DNA from: Octopus sinensis
Taxonomy: Eukaryota
Length of the DNA stretch: 64,000 bases
Direction: 5' to 3'
Assembly: GCF_006345805.1 (NCBI RefSeq)
Contig: NW_021832537.1
Location: forward strand, 1 to 64,000
In this document: positions 38,581-50,229 of the stretch, one piece after another
Layout: each line of letters begins with the position of its first letter
Position numbering within the stretch: the stretch's first letter is position 1
The notes under the pieces: generated by a model
Told to the model about the DNA's origin: nothing
Databases searched by the model: none
What the model saw: only the letters and a program-made list of their open reading frames with translations
Program-made: the position numbers and the translations under genes

Positions 38581-39400
38581 TCATGGCAATAAGCGGGGTG
38601 GCATTATAACGCGACCCCGCTAAAAATAATTAAACATAAAACATTTAATATTTATTAAAAAACTCCATAATCGTTGACTGTCTATAACTATTTTTAGACA
38701 ATCCCTTTTAGTAAAGTCTTCTTCATCACTGAAATTGATTCTTCGAAGTGTAGACAGCATTTGGTCTTCTTCATTATGTCAGTATGTTTTAGCATTACTT
38801 TCCACCGAAACATATTCATCGACATTCATCTCATCATTCATATTCAATGTTGAAATCAATTGATTCAATAGATTTTGATCAACAATTTCTTTTCTCGAAT
38901 TCTCTGTGTTATAAGTTTAAACATGACAAATCTTGGTTTGCCTCCAGCAGTTTTTAATTGTTTCTTCTTTTACGCTCTCCCATGATTTTCCAACAAAACG
39001 TATTGCATCATCCAACCCAATATGCGAATTGTTACTTATTTCAAGTTGGTTAATAATATGTTTTAGCTGTGGTTTTCGGTAATGTGTTTTAAAACTATGT
39101 ATTATTCCGGAATCCAATGGTTTTGACTTGTTAGAGGAAAAAAATGCACTTCAACATTCAATAACGTCTGAATAATGTGACATGGATAGTTGTCCATAAT
39201 TAAAAGAATTTTTCTCCCACAGCATTTCATTTGATTATCCAACTCCTTTATCCAATCTTGAAATATCATTGATGTGATCCATGATTTAGTATTAAATCTG
39301 TAATTCGAATATCTTAATAATAAAATGGTATGGTGAGTGTCTGTCTGTCTGTGTGTGCACACCAACTTCAAATTGGCAAAGTACAGATAAATTGTCAAAA
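38581..39400 (-). mobile_element. pogo/Tigger DDE_1 transposase fragment
   Basis: KSWITSMIFQDWIKELD..KILLIMDNYPCH, MDSGIIHSFKTHYR and WESVKEETIKNCW. Confidence 0.85.
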
Positions 39401-39447
39401 TCTTTCCCCCTTATAATTACCCAATAATGGGGAACAAGCTTAAAATC

Positions 39448-39990
39448 ATGAACTCCTCCAAGAATCTTCCACCCTACGATGTCCTCGACTTACATGATGA
39501 GGTCCTTAAAACCTTCCCCCAAAAAAAATTAAAAAAAAATTTTCTGCATTTTGGTTAAAATGAACAACTACGATGTCCTCGACATTCATGATGAGGTCCT
39601 TAAAACCTTCCCCCCAAAAAAAATTAAAAAAAAATTTTCTGCATTTTGGTTAAAATGAACAACTACGATGTCCTCGACTTACATGATGAGGTCCTTAAAA
39701 CCTTCCCCCAAAAAAAATTAAAAAAAAATTTTCTGCATTTTGGTTAAAATGAACAACTACAATGTCCTCGACTTACATGATGAGGACCTTAAAACCTTCC
39801 CCTCAAAAAAAAATTAAAAAAAAATTTTCTGCATTTTGGTTAAAATGAACAACTACGATGTCCTCGACTTACATGATGAGGTCCTTGAAACCTTCCCGCC
39901 AAAAAATCAAGAAATTATTTTCTGCATTTGATTAAAATGAACAACGTTAATGTCCTCGACATTCATGATGAGGTCCATTAAAACCTTCGA
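39448..39990 (+). repeat. ~95-bp tandem repeat, about 5.5-6 units
   Basis: ATGAACAAC recurs at 39560, 39655, 39749, 39845 and 39937 (periods 95, 94, 96, 92). The variation lies mainly in homopolymers. Confidence 0.93.
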
Positions 39991-40974
39991 GGCAAAAATC
40001 TCACGTATTAAGAATATCCTTGATGAAAATGACAGCGAGAATATTAACAATGATGAACTCCCAATTATTCGCGATAAAGAAATTCAATTCATCCTATGAT
40101 TTTCTCTTTAAAATTAAATGCATATATCATTATCGATCATGAATCAAAATTAAAGCTATTATCATATTTGACTTTGACAGAATGTGCAATTACAGATTGC
40201 ACGACCTTGAATAGAGTGTGCAATTAACAGATTTTGAAAAACACTTTGATAGTTGAAACCACATTAGCACAATCATTAACACAATTTACCACCAATTGAC
40301 AGCGCAATCAGAAGAATTTGCGTAAAAATATTAACTATTTAGTTAAGTTTTTCGTAAAGATAGAATTTATTTTCGGTATGCCTCTTTTCCTAAACTTTTT
40401 TAAAAAATAATTTTTTCAATCCGAGGTGCAGCCACGACACTTAATTAGCTGATTTAATTATTCTTAATATTTTTTAAATTTCAGTTAAACTATTTTTTCA
40501 ATAGATAACCGAAGGAGGGAAGACGACCTTAAGAAAAGAAGTTTTTCGTAAAGATAGAATTTATTTTCTGTATCCTCTTTTTTCCTAATATTTTTTATTA
40601 TTCAAAAATAATTTTTTAAATAGATAACCGAAGGAGGAAAAACGAAGCTGAAGAAAAAACGGTCAGCTTAAGGTAATTAAATCTTTTTTGTGTGTCGCTT
40701 TTTTGGCTGCTGCTACTCTGCCTGCCGCATCTCCGCCAGTGGTTTGTCTAATCAAGGTCACTAAGCTAAATCTCCGGACTATAAAGGCTCTTAAGCATTA
40801 TCTTAACTGGCTGTTAAAAAAATTAGACAGGTTGTTGCCGTGGCGGCAGAGATTTTTTTTGTTTATACTTTTTTAACAAATTTTTAAAGTTTTTTTTTGT
40901 TTTTTCATTTCTTTTGTTTTTAAATTATTTATTTTTATTTGTTTTTTTTTATTTTTTTTGTTATTTTCTACAAA

Positions 40975-41430
40975 TTCAACCGGATTGAATTTTTAAACTC
41001 CTTAGATCCCTCTGGAATGCCGAATCATCTTTTAAAGTTAAAGATAGACGTTCCAGTGGTTTTATTACGAAATTTTGCGCCACCTAAATTATGCAACGGA
41101 ACGAGGTTAGTTATCAAAAATTTGATGGCTAACGTAATAGAGGCGACGATATTAACAGGTAAGTATAGAGGTGAGGATGTTTATATTCCACGAATTCCGA
41201 TAATTTCTGATGAATTACCATTTAGATTTAAAAGGCTGCAATTTCCTTTGAGGATGAGTTTTGCAATGACAATAAACAAGGCCCAGGGACAGTCATTAAA
41301 GATAGTTGGGTTATTTTTAGAGAGTGAGTGCTTTTCACATGGACAGCTGTATGTGGGATGCTCGAGGGTAGGCAGAAGAGAAAATTTATTCATATATGCC
41401 AAGGAAGGACGGACGACAAACATCGTTTAT
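40975..41430 (+). mobile_element. Helitron PIF1-like helicase C-terminal fragment
   Basis: EFLNSL..PNHLLKLK..LLRN..LCNGTRL..IPRIP..QFPLRMSFAMTINKAQGQSL..FSHGQLYVGCSRV..TNIVY. Truncated at the duplication junction. Confidence 0.88.
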
Positions 41431-41739
41431 TGGCGTGGCAATAACTGAGTGGCGGGGTTTGGCATTATTAAGAGGAATTCAAAGAAGAACCAAAAATGAC
41501 GTGGCAATATGCGGGGTGGCATTATAAGGGGATGACTTTATAGAGGGGTTTAAGTGTATTAGACATTGTGCAATAGAGGGTCGTCACGACCCTAACCTAT
41601 CTACAGAACTGGTTGATTTGAATTTATAATTTCTAATCGAAATTTTCATTTCCTTTAATTTAGAAATATAATTACATTGCAAAAATGATTATAAACTTGG
41701 CTACATTTCAAAATTTATTTGTTTATTTCAGAAAAATAA

Positions 41740-44506
41740 TTAATAAATTGTTTTTAGTGTTGGCAAAAAAATAATTTTATTCCATTCCACTCTATAGTTT
41801 AAAATCCAAAAAATCCAAAAAAATGCTAATGAAAATATGTTAATAACTTGATAGTATGCAACATCAAATGTATATTTCATTACGAGGGTTGGGTAAATGT
41901 TCAAATTGCAACCTTTTTTTATCATTAATGAAACTGATGCCGCACACTAAATTAAAATTATCATAAAAAATACATGAATATGTGAAAGGATCGCTAGAAT
42001 GCAATAATACTTAAACAGCTTTTCATAAACTGTTTCATCTACGTTATCCGATGGCGTTATATTGAATGGAAGCAAAACACTTTTAAAAATACAAAATGAC
42101 GACATTTGAATGAAGTTTAAAAGAACTATTAAAATTATAATACTACAAATTTAAACCTGCCAGTGTGTAATAATCTCCACGCAATAGGAAAGCCGAGGCG
42201 CTCCAATGTATTTCAGTAAGTGAATGGTTGTTTCCAATCAAATAATGGAACATCAAGTTTAGGAAATACCAAAATGATAAATAAAAAAAGTCGTTGTTTA
42301 ACTCGTGAAAAGTATTGTGAGTAGTACAATCCCGAGGTTTGTTGGTTATATGAGAAAAATAAACATATAGTATCAGAAAGTAAATTATAAATGCCAGCAT
42401 ATGTAATATATTGTTAGAATATATACACAAAATTACTATAATAAAAGCAATAGATTTGTAGTGGGAACTTTTCTCTTGATTGAATAATTTATTTGGTGTG
42501 ATATAAGAATAAATAAAAACCAAAGCGGCCAATAATGTTGAAAAATAAAATAAAAATGAAAAGAAACGTTGTCTGATAAAGCTCAGTTGAAGATATTCTT
42601 TAAAATAATACAAGTAAGTGGTAAAAAAAATAATCATGAAACAAACTGAAGATGAAAAAAAAAATTTTAATAGTTTGCTAGATGTCTCTAACGTTATGAT
42701 AAAGTAATATCCAATTGATAAAAAAATTAGCATTGTTGTATATACTATAATTGTTTGATTTGTGTTCAATACGGAAAGTTCCCTTGAGAAAAGATTACCA
42801 TTAACTGACCACGTGGTAAATCGATAACAAGCAGCGAAAAGTATAGAAAATAATATAGTCGTGAGCAAAAGCATTAGGAAATACAAATTATTTAAATTTG
42901 TATTAAACAAGACGACTAAGATGAGTGAAATTATAGCCAAACACATTGAGCTAAAAGCGTTAATTTCGACAAAAAATAGGAAAAAAAATATTAAACATCC
43001 CCATATAATTGCTACAATTAAACCAAGATTAATTTTGAATTGCTTAATAACGGAAATAGTGAGCAGTACAAATATGCAAATGCTTGATGGAACAAAAAAA
43101 GACGAAGGAAGATAAGATTGGAAATAAACTAAAATACCGATTAATAGACATCGAAGCGTAGAAGGGACAAATTTGTTATCGGTAATACAAATTATCGGAT
43201 AAATAAGATATAATGAATAAATAAAGCATTGAATTGTTATTTGAGTATCACAAATTCTCCATTTCTTGTAAATTGATTTCTTGGTTTCATTCATAAAACG
43301 ATAATATAAATTGGATGCTTCTGAATAATTTTTTGATAAATATTGAAATTCTGCTTCTTTTATATACTTTGATATTATTTCTTTTGCCTGGAGAGACTCA
43401 TAAAATGTCAAAATTTGTAAAGCATTATTTCTGATAATATCAATATTCTAAAATATATGTTGATCGTATAAAGACAATACTTTTCCTGGGTTTGTAAGTT
43501 CATTAATTACCGAACCAAGATTCTGAAAAGGGATTGGAACACCAAGTAAAGCTGCCAATGTTGGAGTAAAACTATCCTGCTCAATTTGATTTAATTCAGT
43601 CTACGATTATTTAATACATAATAATCTTACTGTTGAATAGTGATTTGCAGAAAGATTTTTTTTACTGTAAACAAATAAAGCAGTTTTTTCTTCTCCTTCC
43701 CCATCTCCGTGAGATCCATTAGGAACTGATCCATGATCGCCAAATACAAATAAAATTGTCTCATTGTCAATGACGGATTTAATTTTGCTAAAATAAATAG
43801 AAAAAGTATTATACCCAATAAATTTATTATAAAACTGAAGACGGTCTCTTATCGAAGGATGATTTAGACCTACGAGGTGATAAAGATGGTCCATTCCAAG
43901 GAAATGAGCAACATAGATGTCACCTTCATTATTTTCTACCATGGTTGGTAAATTATCGTCAATGAGATTGTCGATAGTATAAATATCGTCAAGATCGTTG
44001 TCGTTAGTGTGCGTTTTTGCAGAGAAATGATTATTATACATATTTACAAGAGATACACCACCGACATAGACAATTTTTTTGTGATTAATATTTAGTTGGT
44101 TGAATATGTTATCTTCTACAAAACCGTAGTCCATCCAACTATGCCAGAATCCTGTAAAAATTGAATACAAACGATTAATAGTCATCGATGGAAACGGAGC
44201 CTCAAATGAATATAGACGTGTATTATATGGTTCATTTATTTGCATTTTATATAGATTTGTAAGCTGATTAAGATATGTTGCTTCCCTAGAACTGTTTGTT
44301 ACTACAGAGTCGAGACGTAGTCCATCAATTATTATAATCACTGCTTTTGAAAATTTGCCCTTAAGATCCGATTTTTTGCTTATTCCATACAAGTTCCCTC
44401 TTCTTTGAGTATTTACAGTCTGGCAGTGAATTATATTCAGATAGTTTATATAAATAAAGAATGATAGCAATATCCACCTTATTAGTATATTAATAACACT
44501 CTCCAT
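41740..44506 (-). CDS. PIGO: GPI ethanolamine-phosphate transferase (PIG-O/PIG-G family), copy 2
   Basis: Same exon structure as copy 1, no visible inactivating lesion, about 20 amino-acid differences in the ORF track. Confidence 0.82.
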
Positions 44507-44779
44507 TCGAGTTTAAATGGGTATAGCGGGAAAATTGTATATTTAAACCGCAGTTCACGAACGAGCTTGAAATTTTGCGGTTCGAAAATTTCTCATTTCC
44601 ATTCTGAATCTTTAAGAAGATTATTGGATTTCAATTTATTATGATTAAACTTATGCTTTCTGAATATCGGATGCCATAAAAATTACCTGTAAAATTTGTT
44701 TCATAATTCTGCAGGACATAATTAAAATTATTCCGGCTCTGGAGAAAGTCGGCCTTAGTTTAAATTTCTCTAAATGTGA

Positions 44780-45230
44780 AATCTCTAACTTCGGGTGCTC
44801 GCAATCTACCTTCCAAGATGCCGTTTTCTCATTCCGTGATCTTATCCCGGGAGTGCAATCTATTCATATTGACGAACTTTCTATCCTGGGAGCCCCGGTG
44901 GCTGGCAATTCTATTGATATGGCCCTACGCAAAAAGGAGTTCTTTCTCGAGGCAGTTTTTGAACGTATCAAACAGTTGGACTCACACACAGCATTATTCC
45001 TTTTACGAAATTGCTTTCTTATTTGCTACGCTCTTCTCTGTGTTTTGCTTTTCCAGAGAGATTTTCCGCCATTGACCACCTTATCTGTACTTGTACTCAA
45101 AACATATGCAATTCCCCCTTTGACGATAGGGATTGGAGACAGGCAACCCTCCTCGGGAGGTGGAATAGCTTTTTCAGCGGTTCTCGATCGCCGTTATCTT
45201 AGGGAACAGTTTGGTCCTCCTTTCGAATAA
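44780..45230 (+). mobile_element. CRE-like non-LTR internal fragment
   Basis: LSILGAPVAG..LKQLDSHTALFLLRNCF and DRDWRQATL. Confidence 0.75.
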
Positions 45231-46099
45231 TCTTTTATCACTTTTGCTTGAAATAAAAAAAATAAACTATCTTAAATGTACCAATTTCTAAATTTTCCAA
45301 TTCTCAGATTTACCAATTTAAAAAATTTTTTTTAATTTATTAGAAATTTTCTAATTTCGGAATTTGTCACTGTTTTTTCGAAATTTAACAAAAATGACTA
45401 AAATTTGCACTTAAGATCCTTTCAATTTTGACTTTAGTAATTGCATATTTCCGACAAAACAAGTAAACAAACTGTTATTTTTCCTGAAATATTAGCTTTT
45501 GAGGTTTTTTCCACAATGGGTTGCTAAGAAACCGTGGCTTTTTAGCTTTTCATACCTCTGGTTAAAAAGAACAAATTCATTTCTTGAATTCTGAAATATA
45601 CTGCCTCACATCTAGGAGAAATAATTTGTTTCCAAAGCCAACTGCTCGGAGTTTTTACAGCTATATCTTTATGCATTTAAATACTAGGGAATGCAAAAAA
45701 ATGGATTTGATCATCTTCAATGACAAACTCATCTGGACAGTTTTAATTGACTTCTCACAGATACTGTTTTTTCTCAATAGATTATTCAAAAGCTAGAAAT
45801 CCTGAGATTTTTGATTATTGCCATTTGTTTTAATTGATTGAAGAATCCCTGACCTCCAATGACATACTTAAAAAATTCTCCCTAAACATCTTTCAAGATT
45901 TTTTCTATATAAATAAAGTCTTTTTTGTATGCCGGCTATCGTTGATATCAAACATGTTTATTATGTAAGATTGAAAACGTTGCTTTAATTTTCAGATAAT
46001 TTATTCTCTGAACTTTCAAAGCGGTACGTAGATTATTAACCCAAATTGTAATTAATAGTTATTCAGATTCCGTTTCCGTTATTTGTAGTGTTTTATTCC

Positions 46100-46860
46100 A
46101 TCAACCTCAACTTCTTAGGGCCCACGTTTAGTGCACGGATAAGCAGATTCATGTCGTTTAGTGCATGTTATCAACGCGCAGTCTAGATTCAGGGGCTACC
46201 TCTTCAAAAGACATCGATAACCCGTGCCTTGTCTCGGCTTGCATGCTTTCTAAGGTCTTCCGCAGCACCAGTGTCTAGATGTATGCCTTCACCCTGTCCT
46301 CCACGCTAAGCACCGCCAGATGGTTTAAAAAAATTTGACACTATTACGTCCCAGGTCATGACGACAGATACGATCTTTACCTTCACCCGGTGAATCGCTC
46401 CCAGTTCATTTGCCAGCAAGTCGTATTTGTGGAACTTTTCCACTTCGACCTGCTTGAGACAATTCTGTGAAGTGATCCCCACCTCGATAGGAGTAATTGT
46501 GTTGCATGAACAAATATGTCTGGCATGTTATTCGGAATAGCATTATCAGTCGGGAGGTTTGTATCGACTCGGATTTCTACAAATTCATTGGTGATAACGG
46601 ATTGGACTAAATGGGTTTTTAATTTTTTTGACTTTTTAATTCCATATTGGCGACATAGATGTAAATGCAAGCATTTGAACACTTCGTTATAGCGTCTAAG
46701 GTAGGGACCATTAAGCATTCGCCCACATCTGGTAGCAAGGTGATCGACGGTCTTCTTGGATGAGTTGCAGCAGCATTTATTCTTTCCGTTGCTAAAAAAC
46801 AAGTTTCGGGCTTGCAAAAGGCACAGATTTGCTTCAGTCCAGGAAGAATAGAATCGTCTT
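46100..46860 (-). mobile_element. R4/Dong-like (RLE) non-LTR 3' fragment
   Basis: TVDHLATRCGRML..YLRRYNEVFKCLHLHLC, IRVDT..NMPDIFV, VVMTWD and YI*TLVLRKTLES. Confidence 0.82.
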
Positions 46861-46909
46861 CTATTTAGTTCATAACACCAATAATTATAAATTTTTATAT
46901 TTTTAATTG

Positions 46910-48700
46910 TAAAAAATTGTTTCTATAGAAACAGATCATTTTTTTGCAGTAATTAAAAAAATAGAATTGGATTTCCGAATAGCCACGTCATTTGGAAAAA
47001 TGAAATCTTTTAAATTGGTATAATTATGTGTATTTATTTAAATTTTAGATTGACGAAAATAGATTAAATAAAGAGTGTTTTCTTATTAGAAGAGCTTTAA
47101 AAGCTCAAGTTGAACATCATGAAAACGGCAAATCTCAAATTTGCTCAAAATCTACTAATAATCCTGAAAAACCAAATGAAAAAAAGGTTTCGTTTGAGAA
47201 ACATAAACGAAGTATTCGTATTTTAATATTTCTTTTAGATTTGTCACCTCCAGTTCGTGATTGTCAATCGGAAAAATCAATAAAGCTTTTTTCTTTAAAA
47301 CTTTTGGATAAACTGACAAACAAATTGTGTATTTTAATCGAATTTGTCAAAAATACTGATCAAAGTATTTTTTGGGAAATTAACTTATTAACAGTTTCCA
47401 GAAATGCAACAAAATCGTTAGCTTTTAGTGATGTTCAGTCTGAAAACAAACGAACACGTCTGGACAGTTACATAACTCGCTTTCAAATAAAACTTATTAT
47501 TTTATTTCAACAGTTTGAAAATATCGAAATGATACCCGTTTTTTTCTTAAAGTAACATAATAGAACTGTAATGATTTAAATGATTTGATTCTTGTTCTCA
47601 GAGGAACCGTTCGTCTGTTAGATGAACTTATAATTGCTTTACATGGAAATTACATTGGAGGCCCAATTGATCACCGAATTGATAATATTGTTGTTTTATC
47701 CAGAAAAATTTTCATTTACTGTGAAACCGTTCCATTGCTTGCCTATGATATGACTTACAGCATTTCAGTTATTACAAAACTAGAGGTTTCACGATTTAAA
47801 TAGCACGTAAATTCTTAGGAATTACTAAAACTCAGAGATGTTTATTTTTCACGTTGTTTTTATTATTCTGAAATAGTAGAGCAAAAAATGTTTGGAGTTC
47901 ATATTAAGAAAAATATTTCAAATTCAAAAATAAAAATCTGGAAAAACAAAGTAATCACATTCCATTGACTTTAATAATTCAGAAACTAGAAAATCAAAAA
48001 AAAGTTCGAACTATGCAAACAGAAATATCGAGTATTTCAAAGAGCCACATACCAAAACACGATGTAGCCATGTTTTATAAATTTGTACTAATTTGATTTA
48101 TAGAATGGCTAAAGTAGAAACTAAAAAGGTTCTGAAAACATAAATTATTTGATAGATACTTCCAGGAAAAACTAGCCACTTACCAGAGACTAAAATCCAA
48201 AATCCATACAATATTTATAGTGAAAATTCTTTAAAAAAAACAACTAACATTCTTGAAAGATTAGAAAAAATGGAATTAAATTGCAAAAACATTAGAAATA
48301 GATGGGCTCCTGTCAAATGCTTTGCAAAATCACCTTGTGAGCCCAATACATTTGTTCAACCTGTTGAGAAAAAAACAAATTTGAGCTTATCTAAAACTAA
48401 GCTACTGGCACCTAACGCATCCTCTCTGTCATCTATTCTAGAATATAAAGACAAGTTCGATGCATATTTATCCGAGATTAACTACTTTTCAATAAGTGAT
48501 AACGTTTCTCCATGGACTTTAACATCGAGGTATGTTTTATATTTAATATTTTAGAATATGCGATAAAATATGGAATGGATGTATTAATCATATTACCTGT
48601 GAAATAAGCGATATGTTAGACGATGCGATTCTAGATGAAATAGGGGCTGAATTAGGATTTCCAGTTGATAAAGTATATTTCTTCATTAAATTTTTAGTTA
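46910..48700 (+). CDS. AT-rich unassigned multi-exon gene
   Basis: Frames join through short introns (a 21-nt intron at 47218-47238 and a 31-nt intron before ~47050): ETDHFFAVIKKIELDF..|IDENRLNKECFL..|LSPPVRDC. The gene may extend 5' to ~45.6 kb. No family recognised. Confidence 0.4.
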
Positions 48701-50229
48701 TTTGAACCTGCGGAAATTGAGGATGATATAATCGATAGAGATATGTTAGGCATTCCTGGCTTTTATTCAAATATTAATTAATTTTTACTTTTTAAAATGA
48801 TCTTAATTCGAATAAAATCAACATGTACAAAGCTAAAAAAATCGGCAAATTTCAAAATATTTTGAATTTTCAATTAAAAAAATGTTTTTATGAATTGTTT
48901 ATTGATGTCTAAAATTAATATTTTTAACGCTTCCTTTAAATATCTGAATTTTTTGTAAATCGGCATGATCCCATAATTATTGCACTTAGATATCGAATTA
49001 CATTTTATAAAATTAAATTAAAAATGGTCGGCCAAACGACCAAACTCTCATTTTGTAGGTTTTGCCAATTTCCTCAGACTCAGGCTCAGCACACTAAACT
49101 GCACTGTTTCTAATCCTCTACGGAGAAATCGAGCTGAAATTTTAATAATCTAATTTAACACTGTGTCACAGTTAAAAGGCAGAACCCAAAAAATTTTTAA
49201 ATTTTTTAACTTCTTCACTTGGAAGAGTTTATCACAACTTTCCTTTCATTTTTTATTCCTGCGTGAAAATTTCTATTCAGCTGAGTGTCCTCGCGACATG
49301 CCAGCTCCGCAAGTTGATCTTGTGAGGTAATGCCCACTTTGATTAAATTTATTTTTATTTTACTCTTGTCATACACAAAAATGTCAGATTTTTTGAATTG
49401 GACTTTTATTTAACTCACGAATGTCAACTCTAATTTCGACATTTTGGGTCGACTTAATTGACCCAACCAAATGTCATTTTAATATCCTGCTTCGTTTGAT
49501 TCCATACATTTGACACAAGTGAAGATTAAGACATTTATTGACCAAAGGACATTTACAGACATTTATTGACAGTAGTGAAGATGGATACACTTAATCATTT
49601 CATTATGTCTTCGGAAATAATCTAAAAATATTTATTAAGATTAAATCAAAAAAATATTATTATTAAAAATGACAACTCAGGTTCCCGCTTCGGCGCGGTT
49701 CCACCTCTTATCTGTGACACAATATAACATGAAATAAAATTAAAAATTCAAAAAATTTTGGGACAACTCATTAATTTCCTAAATTTGCTATGAATGATTT
49801 TCTAGTTAAACATCATGAGACAAAATGGATTGCTGCAATTGAAGGCCAGCGTCTAAAAATAAAATTTCGATTTTGAAAAATTTCAGCATTTGTATAGGAG
49901 TTAAAGGAAGTTTTATTAGATTAAAAGACGATAACGTTTAGTAATTTAAAGGATTCTTGGTTATTTTTTTCTTTTGTTGGCAATTCACGTTATTTCTCAT
50001 CTTCTATTTCATTTTACAGCATTTAACTTGGTTAGTAGCAGAGGCGTAGTATTCAGCAGATATCCTGGCTCTATTTGAATATTCATGCAATCGAGAGTCC
50101 TTTTCAGTTCAACTGATTGAAGTCCTCGTTGATAGATATTTTATGCATATAATCTGAAAAATAAAGTTGTGTTTTTAATCAAATTAAAAATGAAAAAACC
50201 GAGTTTAGGAAAAGAACAGTAAATAATAA

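Larger units (their letters stand above)
41430..45521 (+). repeat. segmental duplication copy 2 with ~0.72-kb insertion (~44570-45290)
   Basis: Matches 13704-17084. Homology resumes at AATTTTCCAATTCTCAGATTT (~45290). Confidence 0.93.

Noticed and set aside
39448-39990. 95-bp repeat as a hammerhead ribozyme array or CRISPR array
   Set aside because: The core is ATGATGA not CTGATGA, most units have TAAAAC instead of GAAAC, and stems I and III do not pair. There are no unique spacers or cas genes.
40700-40790. Minus-strand peptide QTTGGDAAGRVAAAKKATHKK faintly like a histone H3 tail
   Set aside because: Low-complexity similarity only, with no histone fold downstream.
49685-49710. GC-rich patch with a C-TTCG-G tetraloop as an ncRNA or Helitron end
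   Set aside because: Only a 3-bp stem and no CTRR terminus.
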